Shown one piece after another: positions 1-10,501 of a stretch of 64,000 nt of DNA. Source of the stretch: a bacterium (lineage in GTDB: Bacteria > Patescibacteriota > Minisyncoccia > Phycocordibacterales > UBA6065). The notes beneath the pieces were generated by a model that worked only from the letters and a program-made list of their open reading frames with translations, was not told the origin of the DNA and did not search any database. Both the position numbers and the translations under genes were made by a program. The stretch's first letter is position 1, and each line of letters starts with the position of its first letter. The DNA is taken from NCBI GenBank assembly GCA_030680695.1, contig JAUXUT010000149.1, positions 103,801-167,800 of the forward strand. Reading direction: 5' to 3'.

Positions 1-132
1 GTCGGTACGGCCGAGGGTGATCGTATACAGCCGAAAGTTCTTATCTCGATACGTGGATACGCGGGCGTGGGGGTGACGAGGTCAGAGTTCAACATACAGA
101 CGACCGTTTCGCAGCGTTCCATTGATTCATAA
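1..132 (+). CDS. 3' end of a pilin/pseudopilin-like protein (partial, runs off window start)
   Basis: Frame 1 is open from base 1 to TAA at 130-132 (...IQPKVLISIRG...FNIQTTVSQRSIDS*), a C-terminus typical of CPR pilin-like proteins; directly upstream of two pilin-like genes. Confidence 0.6.
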   Translation, partial: VGTAEGDRIQPKVLISIRGYAGVGVTRSEFNIQTTVSQRSIDS

Positions 133-136
133 AGCA

Positions 137-688
137 ATGATAAAGGAAACCTCAACAAAAAATAAAGGATTTACCCTCGTCGAAGCCATGGTGGCGATTT
201 CGATACTATCGCTTGCCGTGACGGGTCCGCTTGTTATCGCTCAAAAGGGTATAGGTTCAGCAGTGTACGCCCGCGATCAGATAACAGCATCGTATCTTGC
301 CCAGGAAGCAGTTGAATACGTGCGCAATGTGCGTGACACGAACAGGATAGAAGGGGATCCGTGGCTTACCAACCTATTCAACTGTCTGGAAACAGGCGCT
401 GGTCAGCGTTGCACAATCGACGCTCGTTTCAAGGATCCGTCAGTAGAGGGTGCCATCACAGCGTGTCCCCCCGGCCTCTGCCCAATACTTATGATCGGTA
501 CAGAACACAACCTTTACGGGTACGGGACTGGTGAGGGTTGGAGGGCGACACCTTTCACAAGGACGGTGTATGTAGATAATCGCATCTTTGATAGGGAGGC
601 GATGGTTTCTGTGACGGTTGAATGGTCAACGTCTTTGTTCGCCCCAAAGAGGACATTTACAGTCAAGGAATATCTGCTTGATTTCTAA
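137..688 (+). CDS. Type IV pilin-like protein with prepilin N-terminal cleavage/methylation motif
   Basis: KGFTLVEAMVAISILSLAV class III signal peptide (G|FTLxE plus hydrophobic helix); ATG at 137 preferred over TTG at 122. Confidence 0.85.
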   Translation: MIKETSTKNKGFTLVEAMVAISILSLAVTGPLVIAQKGIGSAVYARDQITASYLAQEAVEYVRNVRDTNRIEGDPWLTNLFNCLETGAGQRCTIDARFKDPSVEGAITACPPGLCPILMIGTEHNLYGYGTGEGWRATPFTRTVYVDNRIFDREAMVSVTVEWSTSLFAPKRTFTVKEYLLDF

Positions 689-689
689 T

Positions 690-3322
<2,633 letters not shown>

Positions 3323-3394
3323 GCCCTTTTTGTTTTTATGAATTTTTTGATATTTCTTTAGATTTTCTTGAGCGTGGTCTGTTATGCTCTCGGC

Positions 3395-3829
3395 ATGGAA
3401 AAGGATTTCGACCGATGGAACGGCTTCAAGCGAAATCTAGACGGACGCATCAACGCGCCGAACTTTCACGAGCGCGACATCTGGTGGTGCTCCATAGGTG
3501 TGAATGTCGGGAGGGAACAGCAATCTCAGACTTCCGACTTCAGTAGGCCGGTTCTGGTCCTTAAGAGGTTCAATGCGAGCACTTTTTGGGGCGTGCCGCT
3601 CACAACCAAGGTCAAAGAGGACGGATTCAGGTTTCGATTCCTCATTGACGGCATCGAGAATGATGCGCTCATCCTGCATATGCGCTCGTTCGATAGGAGA
3701 CGCCTCGTTAGAAAAATAGGGATGCTCTCGATTGGTGAATTCGAATCGGTTCGGGAAATAGCTGCAACTGTTCTGAAAAACGAAATCCCCCTTACGGGGG
3801 AAATCTCGGAGGCCGAAGCCAAGGTGTAG
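3395..3829 (+). CDS. PemK/MazF-family endoribonuclease toxin (orphan)
   Basis: ERDIWWCSIGVNVGREQ...FSRPVLVLK...GVPLTT...RSFDRRRL, a PemK/MazF-like pattern; ATG at 3395; no antitoxin ORF adjacent. Confidence 0.85.
   Translation: MEKDFDRWNGFKRNLDGRINAPNFHERDIWWCSIGVNVGREQQSQTSDFSRPVLVLKRFNASTFWGVPLTTKVKEDGFRFRFLIDGIENDALILHMRSFDRRRLVRKIGMLSIGEFESVREIAATVLKNEIPLTGEISEAEAKV
3775..3828 (-). ncRNA. Predicted cis-antisense small RNA overlapping the 3' end of the toxin gene (candidate RNA antitoxin)
   Basis: Minus-strand promoter at 3834-3861; the RNA would contain GGC-UUCG-GCC and CCCCC-GUAA-GGGGG hairpins followed by AUUUCGUUUUU. Confidence 0.5.
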
Positions 3830-3833
3830 ATAT

Positions 3834-3861
3834 AGTCTAGCAGGGTAAGTGTCCCTGTCAA
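3834..3861 (-). promoter_or_regulatory. Sigma70-type promoter pointing antisense into the toxin gene
   Basis: TTGACA (3861-3856), 16-nt spacer ending in TGc, TAGACT (3839-3834): perfect -35 with an extended -10. Confidence 0.6.
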
Positions 3862-3914
3862 CAATGAGGCCTTTCTCGCCCAAAACAGCTTGATTTGATA
3901 TAGTAAAACCCAAC

Positions 3915-4211
3915 ATGATTAACCGCCAGGACATAGATAAGCTCGCAACACTTTCACGCCTCAAGCTTTCGGATGAGGAAAAGGCTGTTATGGAAAAGGA
4001 TATGGTAAATATTCTCGCGTATGTTGATACCCTTAAATCCGCTCCGACAGGCGGTGCGTCTGGTCCTATCATGACTGACAACAGAAACGTCATGCGCGAG
4101 GACGCGAATCCAAACGAGGGCGGCAAGAACACGAAAAAGCTCGTCTCGCTCGCCCCGAAAAGCCAGGGCGATCTGGTGAAAGTGAAGAAGATACTCGGAG
4201 GCACGCAATAA
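3915..4211 (+). CDS. gatC: Asp/Glu-tRNA amidotransferase subunit C
   Basis: DIDKLATLSRLKL...ILAYVDTL...NVMRED...VKVKKIL; immediately upstream of gatA. Confidence 0.93.
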   Translation: MINRQDIDKLATLSRLKLSDEEKAVMEKDMVNILAYVDTLKSAPTGGASGPIMTDNRNVMREDANPNEGGKNTKKLVSLAPKSQGDLVKVKKILGGTQ

Positions 4212-4212
4212 C

Positions 4213-5703
4213 ATGATCGACCTATCCAAGCTAACTATACAGACCGCTCATGAATTCCTTGTGAAGGGCGATTTCACAGCGCGCGAGCTCGCCCAGGCGT
4301 ATCTCGACGCCGTTGCCGCGAAGGATGGAGGCAAGAACGGAGAGAATGGCATAGGTGCGTATCTCGGTGTCTATGACGATGTGCTGGCCCAGGCGGACGT
4401 GGCCCAAAAGCTCATAGAAGCAGAACGTGCCGGCGGTCCCACATATCCTCTTGCCGGTATTCCGCTCGCCGTGAAGGACAACATTTTAATTGAAGGTAAG
4501 CCGGCCCAGTCCGCGTCAAAAATCCTCGAAGGATATATTGCCCCGTACGACGCGACAGCGATTAAGAAATTGAAAGAGGCGGGCGCCGTGTTCATTGGCC
4601 GCGCCAACATGGACGAGTTTGCTATGGGCGGTTCTACTGAAAATTCGGCATATCAGACAACCAAGAATCCGCACGACCTTTCGCGCGTTGCAGGCGGGTC
4701 ATCTGGCGGTTCTGCGGCGGCTGTGGCGGCGGATATGGCCCTAGGAGCCCTTGGATCTGATACAGGTGGGTCAGTGCGCCAGCCGGCATCATATTGCGGC
4801 GTGGTGGGCCTCAAGCCGACCTACGGATCTATTTCGCGCTACGGTCTCATGGCCATGGGATCTTCGCTCGACGTGATTGGTCCGATTGCAAAGTCTGTCG
4901 GAGACGTTGAAATTCTTTTCAATGCGATGAAAGGTAAGGATGCATTCGATGGAACGTCAATAGATGTGGAGGAGTACCGATCCGGGGCGATAAAAGATGA
5001 CACAACCGGCAAAAAGCCGGTCATTGGCGTGCCACGAGCGTTTCTTGTAGGCGACGGCATCGACACAGATGTAATGAAAGCATTCGACGCATCGATTGCG
5101 CGATTCAAAGAACTTGGTTATGAGGTGAAAGACATTGAATTGCCGAACATTGGATATTCGCTCGCTGTGTATTACGTCGTTATGCCGGCGGAGGTGTCGT
5201 CCAATCTTGCTCGCTTTGACGGAGTGAAATACGGAGCTTATAAGGAAGGTGCTACGGGCATCGAAGATTATTTCGAGACGCGCGGTGAGTATTTCGGCCG
5301 CGAAGCCCGCCGACGCGTCATGCTCGGCACATATGTTTTGTCGTCGGGTTATTACGACGCCTATTACAACAAGGCGAATGCTGTACGCGATCTCATTAAG
5401 GCTGATTTCGCCAAGGCATTCTCACCAGAAGGCTTCGGTGTCGATGCCATTATCACCCCGACCGCTCCTGCCGTCGCGTTCAAAGTCGGCGAGAAGGTCT
5501 CGGACCCGGTCTCCATGTACCTTGAAGACATATTCACGGTGACGGCAAATCTTGTTGGCGTGCCGGCGATATCATTGCCTGCAGGCCACAAAGAAGTAGA
5601 TGGAAAAAGAATGCCGATTGGTATGCAGCTCACATCAGCACATGGCAGGGAAGACGTATTGTTCGCGTTGGGCAAGGACCTTCTCGGCGAGAAGGCAGCA
5701 TAA
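4213..5703 (+). CDS. gatA: Asp/Glu-tRNA amidotransferase subunit A
   Basis: Amidase signature: KDN, NMDEFAMGGSTENS, GGSSGGSAAAVAA, GSDTGGSVRQPAS; LSSGYYDAYY. Confidence 0.97.
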   Translation: MIDLSKLTIQTAHEFLVKGDFTARELAQAYLDAVAAKDGGKNGENGIGAYLGVYDDVLAQADVAQKLIEAERAGGPTYPLAGIPLAVKDNILIEGKPAQSASKILEGYIAPYDATAIKKLKEAGAVFIGRANMDEFAMGGSTENSAYQTTKNPHDLSRVAGGSSGGSAAAVAADMALGALGSDTGGSVRQPASYCGVVGLKPTYGSISRYGLMAMGSSLDVIGPIAKSVGDVEILFNAMKGKDAFDGTSIDVEEYRSGAIKDDTTGKKPVIGVPRAFLVGDGIDTDVMKAFDASIARFKELGYEVKDIELPNIGYSLAVYYVVMPAEVSSNLARFDGVKYGAYKEGATGIEDYFETRGEYFGREARRRVMLGTYVLSSGYYDAYYNKANAVRDLIKADFAKAFSPEGFGVDAIITPTAPAVAFKVGEKVSDPVSMYLEDIFTVTANLVGVPAISLPAGHKEVDGKRMPIGMQLTSAHGREDVLFALGKDLLGEKAA

Positions 5704-5734
5704 ATAACATAGTGCGGTACAATAAGGGGCAGTC

Positions 5735-6316
5735 ATGGACGCAGTTAATTTCCTCAACCTCGAATACATAATCCTGAGCATCGCGAATTTCTTCAGGAAT
5801 TTCGATGTCAACGCGATATTAAATGCGGTTATCGCATTCATCGAGACAATCCGTCCGTTCGCCATCTTTGTGACGATTTTGCTCGTCTACGTTATTGTTT
5901 ACTCATATATCAGACTCGGGCAGGTGGATAAGGAAGAGGAGCGTAAGTTCAATTCAATCCGTCTCAAGGACGCTATCAACGAGCCTGGCCACGACGCGGT
6001 ACTTAATAAAAAATGGGAGAGTGTCCAAAAGCATATCAATTCGGACAACCCTGCCGAATGGAGGCTTGCCATACTTGAGGCGGACATCATGCTGGGCGAC
6101 ATACTAGAGAAAATGGGGTATCAAGGCGATTCGATAGGCGAGCGATTAAAGGGCATAGAGAAGAGCGACTTCCTAACCCTCGATTTGGCGTGGGAAGCAC
6201 ACAAGGTGAGGAACCAAATTGCCCACGAGGGTACAGAATTCCTTCTGAATGATCGTGATGCACGCCGCATAATCGACCTGTATAAACAGGTATTCGAGGA
6301 GTTCTATTATATTTAA
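5735..6316 (+). CDS. Conserved hypothetical membrane-anchored protein
   Basis: 193-aa ORF with one TM helix and WRLAILEAD...GERLK...AWEAHKVRNQIAH region. Confidence 0.75.
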   Translation: MDAVNFLNLEYIILSIANFFRNFDVNAILNAVIAFIETIRPFAIFVTILLVYVIVYSYIRLGQVDKEEERKFNSIRLKDAINEPGHDAVLNKKWESVQKHINSDNPAEWRLAILEADIMLGDILEKMGYQGDSIGERLKGIEKSDFLTLDLAWEAHKVRNQIAHEGTEFLLNDRDARRIIDLYKQVFEEFYYI

Positions 6317-6414
6317 TCTTTATTTAAGGCTGATATATCGGCTTGCGCGGAAAATTTCGGCGTTGTATACTATAGGGAACATTCGCATTGTGCGAAGACC
6401 AGCGAATGAACGAT

Positions 6415-6485
6415 AGCGGGGTAGAGCACCGGTAGCTCGACAGGCTCATAACCTGTAGGAGGTGGTTCAATTCCACCCCCCGCAA
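6415..6485 (+). tRNA. tRNA-Met(CAT), probably initiator fMet
   Basis: Cloverleaf AGCGGGG...CCCCGCA with 1:72 mismatch, anticodon loop CTCATAA, T-arm GGTTCAATTCC; no encoded CCA. Confidence 0.9.
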
Positions 6486-6493
6486 CAAGGACT

Positions 6494-6525
6494 AGGAAAA
6501 GCCGCCATTACGGCGGCTTTTCCTT
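6494..6525 (+). terminator. Intrinsic terminator-like hairpin after tRNA-Met
   Basis: AGGAAAAGCCGCC-ATTAC-GGCGGCTTTTCCT inverted repeat. Confidence 0.7.
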
Positions 6526-6540
6526 TGGTATAATGGATTC

Positions 6541-7110
6541 ATGCAAAAGCATCATTATGTTGCCCGAGAGTCGGCTCTATCACACTTCTTTTTCAGCAAT
6601 ACTAAGTCGGCGTGGATTTGGTTAGTTATACGTCTCTATGTTGGATGGGAATGGCTCGTAGCTGGTTGGAACAAGGTTGGTGCTCCTGCGTGGACCGGCG
6701 ACCAGGCGGGTGCTGCCGTCACTGGATTCGTGCGTGGAGCGCTCGAGAAGACTGGTGGAGCCCATCCAGACGTCCAGGGTTGGTATGCATCGTTCCTCGA
6801 ACAGATCGTCTTGCCAAACGCTTCTGCCTGGGCCCATGCAGTAGCCTGGGGAGAGGTTTTCGTAGGTATCGGTCTCATCATTGGAGCCTTTGTTGGGGTC
6901 GCTGCCTTCTTTGGGCTTTTCATGAATCTCAATTATCTGCTTGCGGGAACAGTCAGCACCAACCCGATTCTCTTCACGCTCTCAATCGGTCTTATCCTTG
7001 CCTGGAAAGTGGCGGGCTACTTGGGAGCCGATCGGTTCATATTGCCTCGCATATCGACCATGGCCCTTGGCGCACCTCCACGGGAAGATGGTGCCCGGAA
7101 CGACGGATAG
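6541..7110 (+). CDS. DoxX/DoxD (TQO small subunit-like) membrane protein
   Basis: IRLYVGWEWLVAGWNK, WYASFLE, GEVFVGIGLIIG, MNLNYLLAGTVSTNP, AGYLGADRF motifs. Confidence 0.88.
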   Translation: MQKHHYVARESALSHFFFSNTKSAWIWLVIRLYVGWEWLVAGWNKVGAPAWTGDQAGAAVTGFVRGALEKTGGAHPDVQGWYASFLEQIVLPNASAWAHAVAWGEVFVGIGLIIGAFVGVAAFFGLFMNLNYLLAGTVSTNPILFTLSIGLILAWKVAGYLGADRFILPRISTMALGAPPREDGARNDG

Positions 7111-7124
7111 CCTGGCCAAGCAAC

Positions 7125-7153
7125 AAAAAACCCGCTCATCAGGCGGGTTTTTT
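7125..7153 (+). terminator. Bidirectional intrinsic terminator
   Basis: AAAAAACCCGC...GCGGGTTTTTT. Confidence 0.75.
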
Positions 7154-7294
7154 GTGGGAAAGTGACGTTTGCTGCGCGAATGTCGACTCTACGGCTTGAA
7201 GTACACATAGATATTACGGGGCAAGGGGACTTTTTCTTTCAAATACGCCCTTTGCCTTGGAAAAGGCTCTGTGGTGTGATATCTTGTTCAAACT

Positions 7295-7368
7295 GTCGGC
7301 GTAGCTCAGTTGGTTAGAGCGTGGGACTCATAAGCCCAAGGTCGGAGGTTCGATCCCTCCCGCCGACA
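7295..7368 (+). tRNA. tRNA with CAT anticodon (elongator Met or lysidine-modified Ile2)
   Basis: GTCGGCG/CGCCGAC acceptor stem, loop CTCATAA, GGTTCGATCCC T-arm; identity not resolvable by eye. Confidence 0.9.
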
Positions 7369-7424
7369 CACGTGATTTTTTAGGCATTTTATGCTTAAAT
7401 GGTCGCGCATGTACATATGCATAT

Positions 7425-7498
7425 GCGGGTGTAGCTCAGTTGGTTAGAGCGCTTCCCTGTCACGGAAGAGGTCGCGGGTTCGAGTCCCGTCACTCGCG
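7425..7498 (+). tRNA. tRNA-Asp(GTC)
   Basis: GCGGGTG/CACTCGC stem, CTTCC-CTGTCAC-GGAAG anticodon arm, G73. Confidence 0.95.
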
Positions 7499-7580
7499 CA
7501 TTAGATGATGTTCTCATACGGCTCTGTAAGGGCCACGTTGTACGTACGGCTTATCGAATATGGCCGTATAAATAACATAT

Positions 7581-7757
7581 ATGTACCCAGAGAACAGCAA
7601 CGCAACGACCAACGCGATACTCGTCATACTTCTCGTAATTATTGTAGGCCTCGCCGTATGGTTTATTGTGGACCGAAGACAGCCAGCGCCAGAGCCTGGT
7701 GGTGCGAGCCTCGAGATCAATCTCGACGGAAACGTCTTACCGAAAGACAACGAGTAA
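7581..7757 (+). CDS. Small single-pass membrane protein (58 aa, not in ORF track)
   Basis: MYPENSNATTNAILVILLVIIVGLAVWFIVDRRQPAPEPGGASLEINLDGNVLPKDNE*; followed by a terminator hairpin. Confidence 0.7.
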   Translation: MYPENSNATTNAILVILLVIIVGLAVWFIVDRRQPAPEPGGASLEINLDGNVLPKDNE

Positions 7758-7767
7758 TGTTTCAAGC

Positions 7768-7797
7768 AAAGGCGCCCGCTTTCGCGGGCGCCTTTGT
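7768..7797 (+). terminator. Intrinsic terminator
   Basis: AAAGGCGCCCGC-TTTC-GCGGGCGCCTTT. Confidence 0.75.
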
Positions 7798-7897
7798 ATT
7801 TCTATGAATCAAGCTCAAGCGCGAAATATGCGGATTGATTGAAAAATATCGTTAAATAGTCTATTCTTTGTGGACGTCGCGAGACGTTACATCATAA

Positions 7898-7970
7898 GCC
7901 GATGTAGCTCAGTTGGTAGAGCACGTCATTGGTAATGACGAGGTCACCAGTTCGATCCTGGTCGTCGGCT
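7898..7970 (+). tRNA. tRNA-Thr(GGT)
   Basis: GCCGATG/CGTCGGC stem, CGTCA-TTGGTAA-TGACG anticodon arm. Confidence 0.95.
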
Positions 7971-7995
7971 CCGGTAGAAGGTGCGCGCACCGGCT

Positions 7996-8068
7996 GCCAC
8001 CTTAGCTCAGCTGGTAGAGCAATACTTTCGTAAAGTAGAGGTCCCGAGTTCGATTCTCGGAGGTGGCT
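7996..8068 (+). tRNA. tRNA-Thr(CGT)
   Basis: GCCACCT/AGGTGGC stem, TACT-TTCGTAA-AGTA anticodon arm. Confidence 0.93.
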
Positions 8069-8117
8069 CAGACAGGGCATCATTTGACTTTTTCATATTT
8101 TGTATTAAGATAAGTTT

Positions 8118-8267
8118 AGAAGGGATCCGGAGTTCTAGCCGGGTCCCGACAGGCCCACAGGCGATTTTTGGGTTTGCGAGCTGCCATAGTGACTGCTTTG
8201 GATAGCGAACCACTTTTTGTCGGTGGGTCAGGGCCAGGGCCGGCGTGCGAACGCCGGCCCTTTTTTA
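8118..8267 (+). ncRNA. Unassigned structured RNA (~150 nt) between tRNA-Thr and prfB
   Basis: Upstream TTGACT-N16-TAAGAT; several GC-rich stems; ends in GGGCCGGCGT-GCGA-ACGCCGGCCC-TTTTTT; no credible ORF. Confidence 0.5.
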
Positions 8268-8296
8268 TTGCCGTATCGCTGATATGATGTCCTTGC

Positions 8297-9166
8297 ATGA
8301 ATGAAAAGCTTAAAGAAATAGCTGCGATTGAAGCCCAGATGGCTGACTCGACGTTCTGGGACAACAAAGACAAGGCTCAGGCGGCGCTTAAGGACCTCAA
8401 CAGGCTCAAGGCCGAGCTCGCCGAATACGAAAAATATGAGCGCGGTAATGCCGTTATGACAATTTTTTCTGGCGCTGGGGGCGATGACGCCGAAGATTTC
8501 TCGCGCATGCTTCTTGATATGTACACGAAGTACGCTGCGGCCAAGGGTTGGGGCATTTCTTTTATACACGAGCACAAGAACGAGCGGGGAGGATACCGCA
8601 ACGTCACTATGGAAATCGCGGGCAAGGGGGCGTATGGCACGCTCAAAAATGAATCAGGTGTGCATCGCCTGGTCCGCATCTCGCCATTCAATGCCAAATC
8701 CCAACGCCACACTTCGTTTTCGCTTGTCGAAGTTGTACCAAAATTTGAAAAAGCCGAGCATTTTAAAATAAACCCCGACGATCTAAAAATAGATTTTGCT
8801 CGTTCATCTGGTCCTGGCGGCCAAAATGTGAATAAACGCGAGACGGCTGTGCGTATAGTGCATCTGCCGACCAAGCTCGCCGTTCATGTCGATTCTGAAA
8901 GGTCGCAGGCAGACAACCGTGCTCGGGCCATGGATATCCTCCAGGCCAAGCTGTACAAGTTGCAAGAAGACGAGCGCAAAGCCAAGGAACGCGGAATGCA
9001 TATATCAAAGACCACGGATATCGAATGGGGTAATCAGATTCGCTCGTATGTCGTTCATCCATACAAGATGGTCAAAGACCACCGAACTGATGCAGAGACT
9101 TCTAATGTTGATGCTGTACTGGCAGGTGAAATAGATTTGTTTATTGAGGCGGAAAGGGGATTGTAG
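8297..9166 (+). CDS. prfB: Peptide chain release factor 2 (short form)
   Basis: ESGVHRLVRISPF (SPF = RF2 specificity motif), RHTSF, SSGPGGQNVNK, WGNQIRSYV. Confidence 0.93.
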   Translation: MNEKLKEIAAIEAQMADSTFWDNKDKAQAALKDLNRLKAELAEYEKYERGNAVMTIFSGAGGDDAEDFSRMLLDMYTKYAAAKGWGISFIHEHKNERGGYRNVTMEIAGKGAYGTLKNESGVHRLVRISPFNAKSQRHTSFSLVEVVPKFEKAEHFKINPDDLKIDFARSSGPGGQNVNKRETAVRIVHLPTKLAVHVDSERSQADNRARAMDILQAKLYKLQEDERKAKERGMHISKTTDIEWGNQIRSYVVHPYKMVKDHRTDAETSNVDAVLAGEIDLFIEAERGL

Positions 9167-9265
9167 GCGAGCGCCGCCATCTGGCGGATAAATTATTGCG
9201 AAGATTTCCGGAAAAGAAAAAGGCCGCCGCGCTCTGGGGAGCGGGGCGGCCTTGTCGGTCGGGAC

Positions 9266-9646
9266 CTATTGGGCCACGGCCGTTTTTTTTGGCGTCCGGA
9301 TTTCGGCGTCAATCTCGTCGATGCTTGAAGGCTTCGAGAGGTAGACGTCGGCCCGGCTGTGCGGCGGACGGGCACGTCCGGAGAAAAGAATGGTCTTCAT
9401 CTCCGGATAGCGCTCGTTCACATACGCGATGAGGCGGTCGCCGTCGCCGTTGATAGGCAGGTGTTGAGAAGTGATAAGTACGTCGAAACGTCCCTTCTCC
9501 AACTCCTCCTTCGCGTTCTCGATGGCAATCGTGGCAACGAGTTCGTGACCACATTGTTGGAGCGCGCTGAAGAGCATGGAACCGGTATCCATGTCGCCTT
9601 CGGCGAGAAGGACCCGAAGGCCCTTTGGGGATTTTGATGAGCTCAT
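9266..9646 (-). CDS. Stand-alone response-regulator receiver domain protein (atypical)
   Basis: RVLLAEGD...FDVLITSQHLPINGDG...ILFSG...YLSKP; the usual phospho-acceptor Asp position reads S. Confidence 0.75.
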   Translation of the reverse strand: MSSSKSPKGLRVLLAEGDMDTGSMLFSALQQCGHELVATIAIENAKEELEKGRFDVLITSQHLPINGDGDRLIAYVNERYPEMKTILFSGRARPPHSRADVYLSKPSSIDEIDAEIRTPKKTAVAQ

Positions 9647-9787
9647 TAATCTTAATTATATCATATACAGTTTCAAAGTCAAGGGCCTATCCGTGGCCAA
9701 TTTTAGCCATAGGCGAGCCGCGAGCCAATATGGTACGATAGAGAGACCTGAACGGCTTCGGATGCTGAAACACCCATTTCAAACCCT

Positions 9788-10468
9788 ATGATTAAATTTG
9801 AAAAAGTAACCAAGGTTTACGCGGACGACTCCGTGGCCCTCGAGGACGTTTCGCTCCATATCGAGTCAAAGGAATTCGTCTCCATCGTCGGCCATTCTGG
9901 CGCCGGCAAGACGACGCTTATCAAAATGATCCTCGCTGAGGAGAAGCCGACGCGTGGGACGGTCCATTTTGAGTCTGTAGACATACACAGTCTTAAGAAG
10001 TCCGATATGCCGAAGTTTCGCCGCCGCATCGGAACGGTATTTCAGGATTTTCGTCTTATTCCTAACAAGACGGTGTTTGAGAACATTGCTTTCGCCATGG
10101 AGGCGGCGGGCCGTACCGACGAAGAAATCGCATCGGACGTTCCGCATGTTTTGGAACTCGTGGACCTCGGCAGGAAAATTTGGAGCTTTCCGCACGAACT
10201 TTCGGGAGGCGAGAAACAGCGCGTCGCCTTGGCTCGCGCCATCGTGAACCAGCCAGACATCATCATTGCTGACGAACCGACAGGTAACCTCGATCCGGTC
10301 AATACATACGAAATCGTGCAGATTTTGAAGAAAATCAACGACCTCGGTACGACGGTTATTCTTACCACCCACAACAAAGGTGTCATTGAAACTGTCGGCC
10401 GCAGGGTTATCACTATGGAAAGAGGTCGCCTCGTCCGCGACGACAAGGATGGTAAATACGCGATTTAA
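9788..10468 (+). CDS. ftsE: Cell division ABC ATPase FtsE
   Basis: GHSGAGKTT, VFQDFRL, LSGGEKQRVALARA, ADEPTGNLDP; next to ftsX. Confidence 0.93.
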   Translation: MIKFEKVTKVYADDSVALEDVSLHIESKEFVSIVGHSGAGKTTLIKMILAEEKPTRGTVHFESVDIHSLKKSDMPKFRRRIGTVFQDFRLIPNKTVFENIAFAMEAAGRTDEEIASDVPHVLELVDLGRKIWSFPHELSGGEKQRVALARAIVNQPDIIIADEPTGNLDPVNTYEIVQILKKINDLGTTVILTTHNKGVIETVGRRVITMERGRLVRDDKDGKYAI

Positions 10469-10501
10469 GACTCTTTAATCCTTGCTATAATCAAATCATC
10501 G

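Noticed and set aside
7505-7807. Tracked ORFs 7505-7807 (+) and 7514-7765 (-), and a GAGCCGTATGAG motif resembling group II intron domain V
   Set aside because: A better 58-aa TM ORF (7581-7757) explains the region; the motif lacks the matching DV 3' arm and there is no intron context.
8118-8267. SRP RNA, 6S RNA or tmRNA identity for the structured RNA
   Set aside because: No CAGG-GNRA-AGCAG helix 8, no end-to-end rod, and no tRNA-Ala-like ends or tag frame.
8260-8300. Programmed +1 frameshift for prfB
   Set aside because: No CTT TGA C site or upstream coding segment; the upstream region is a terminator and probable promoter.
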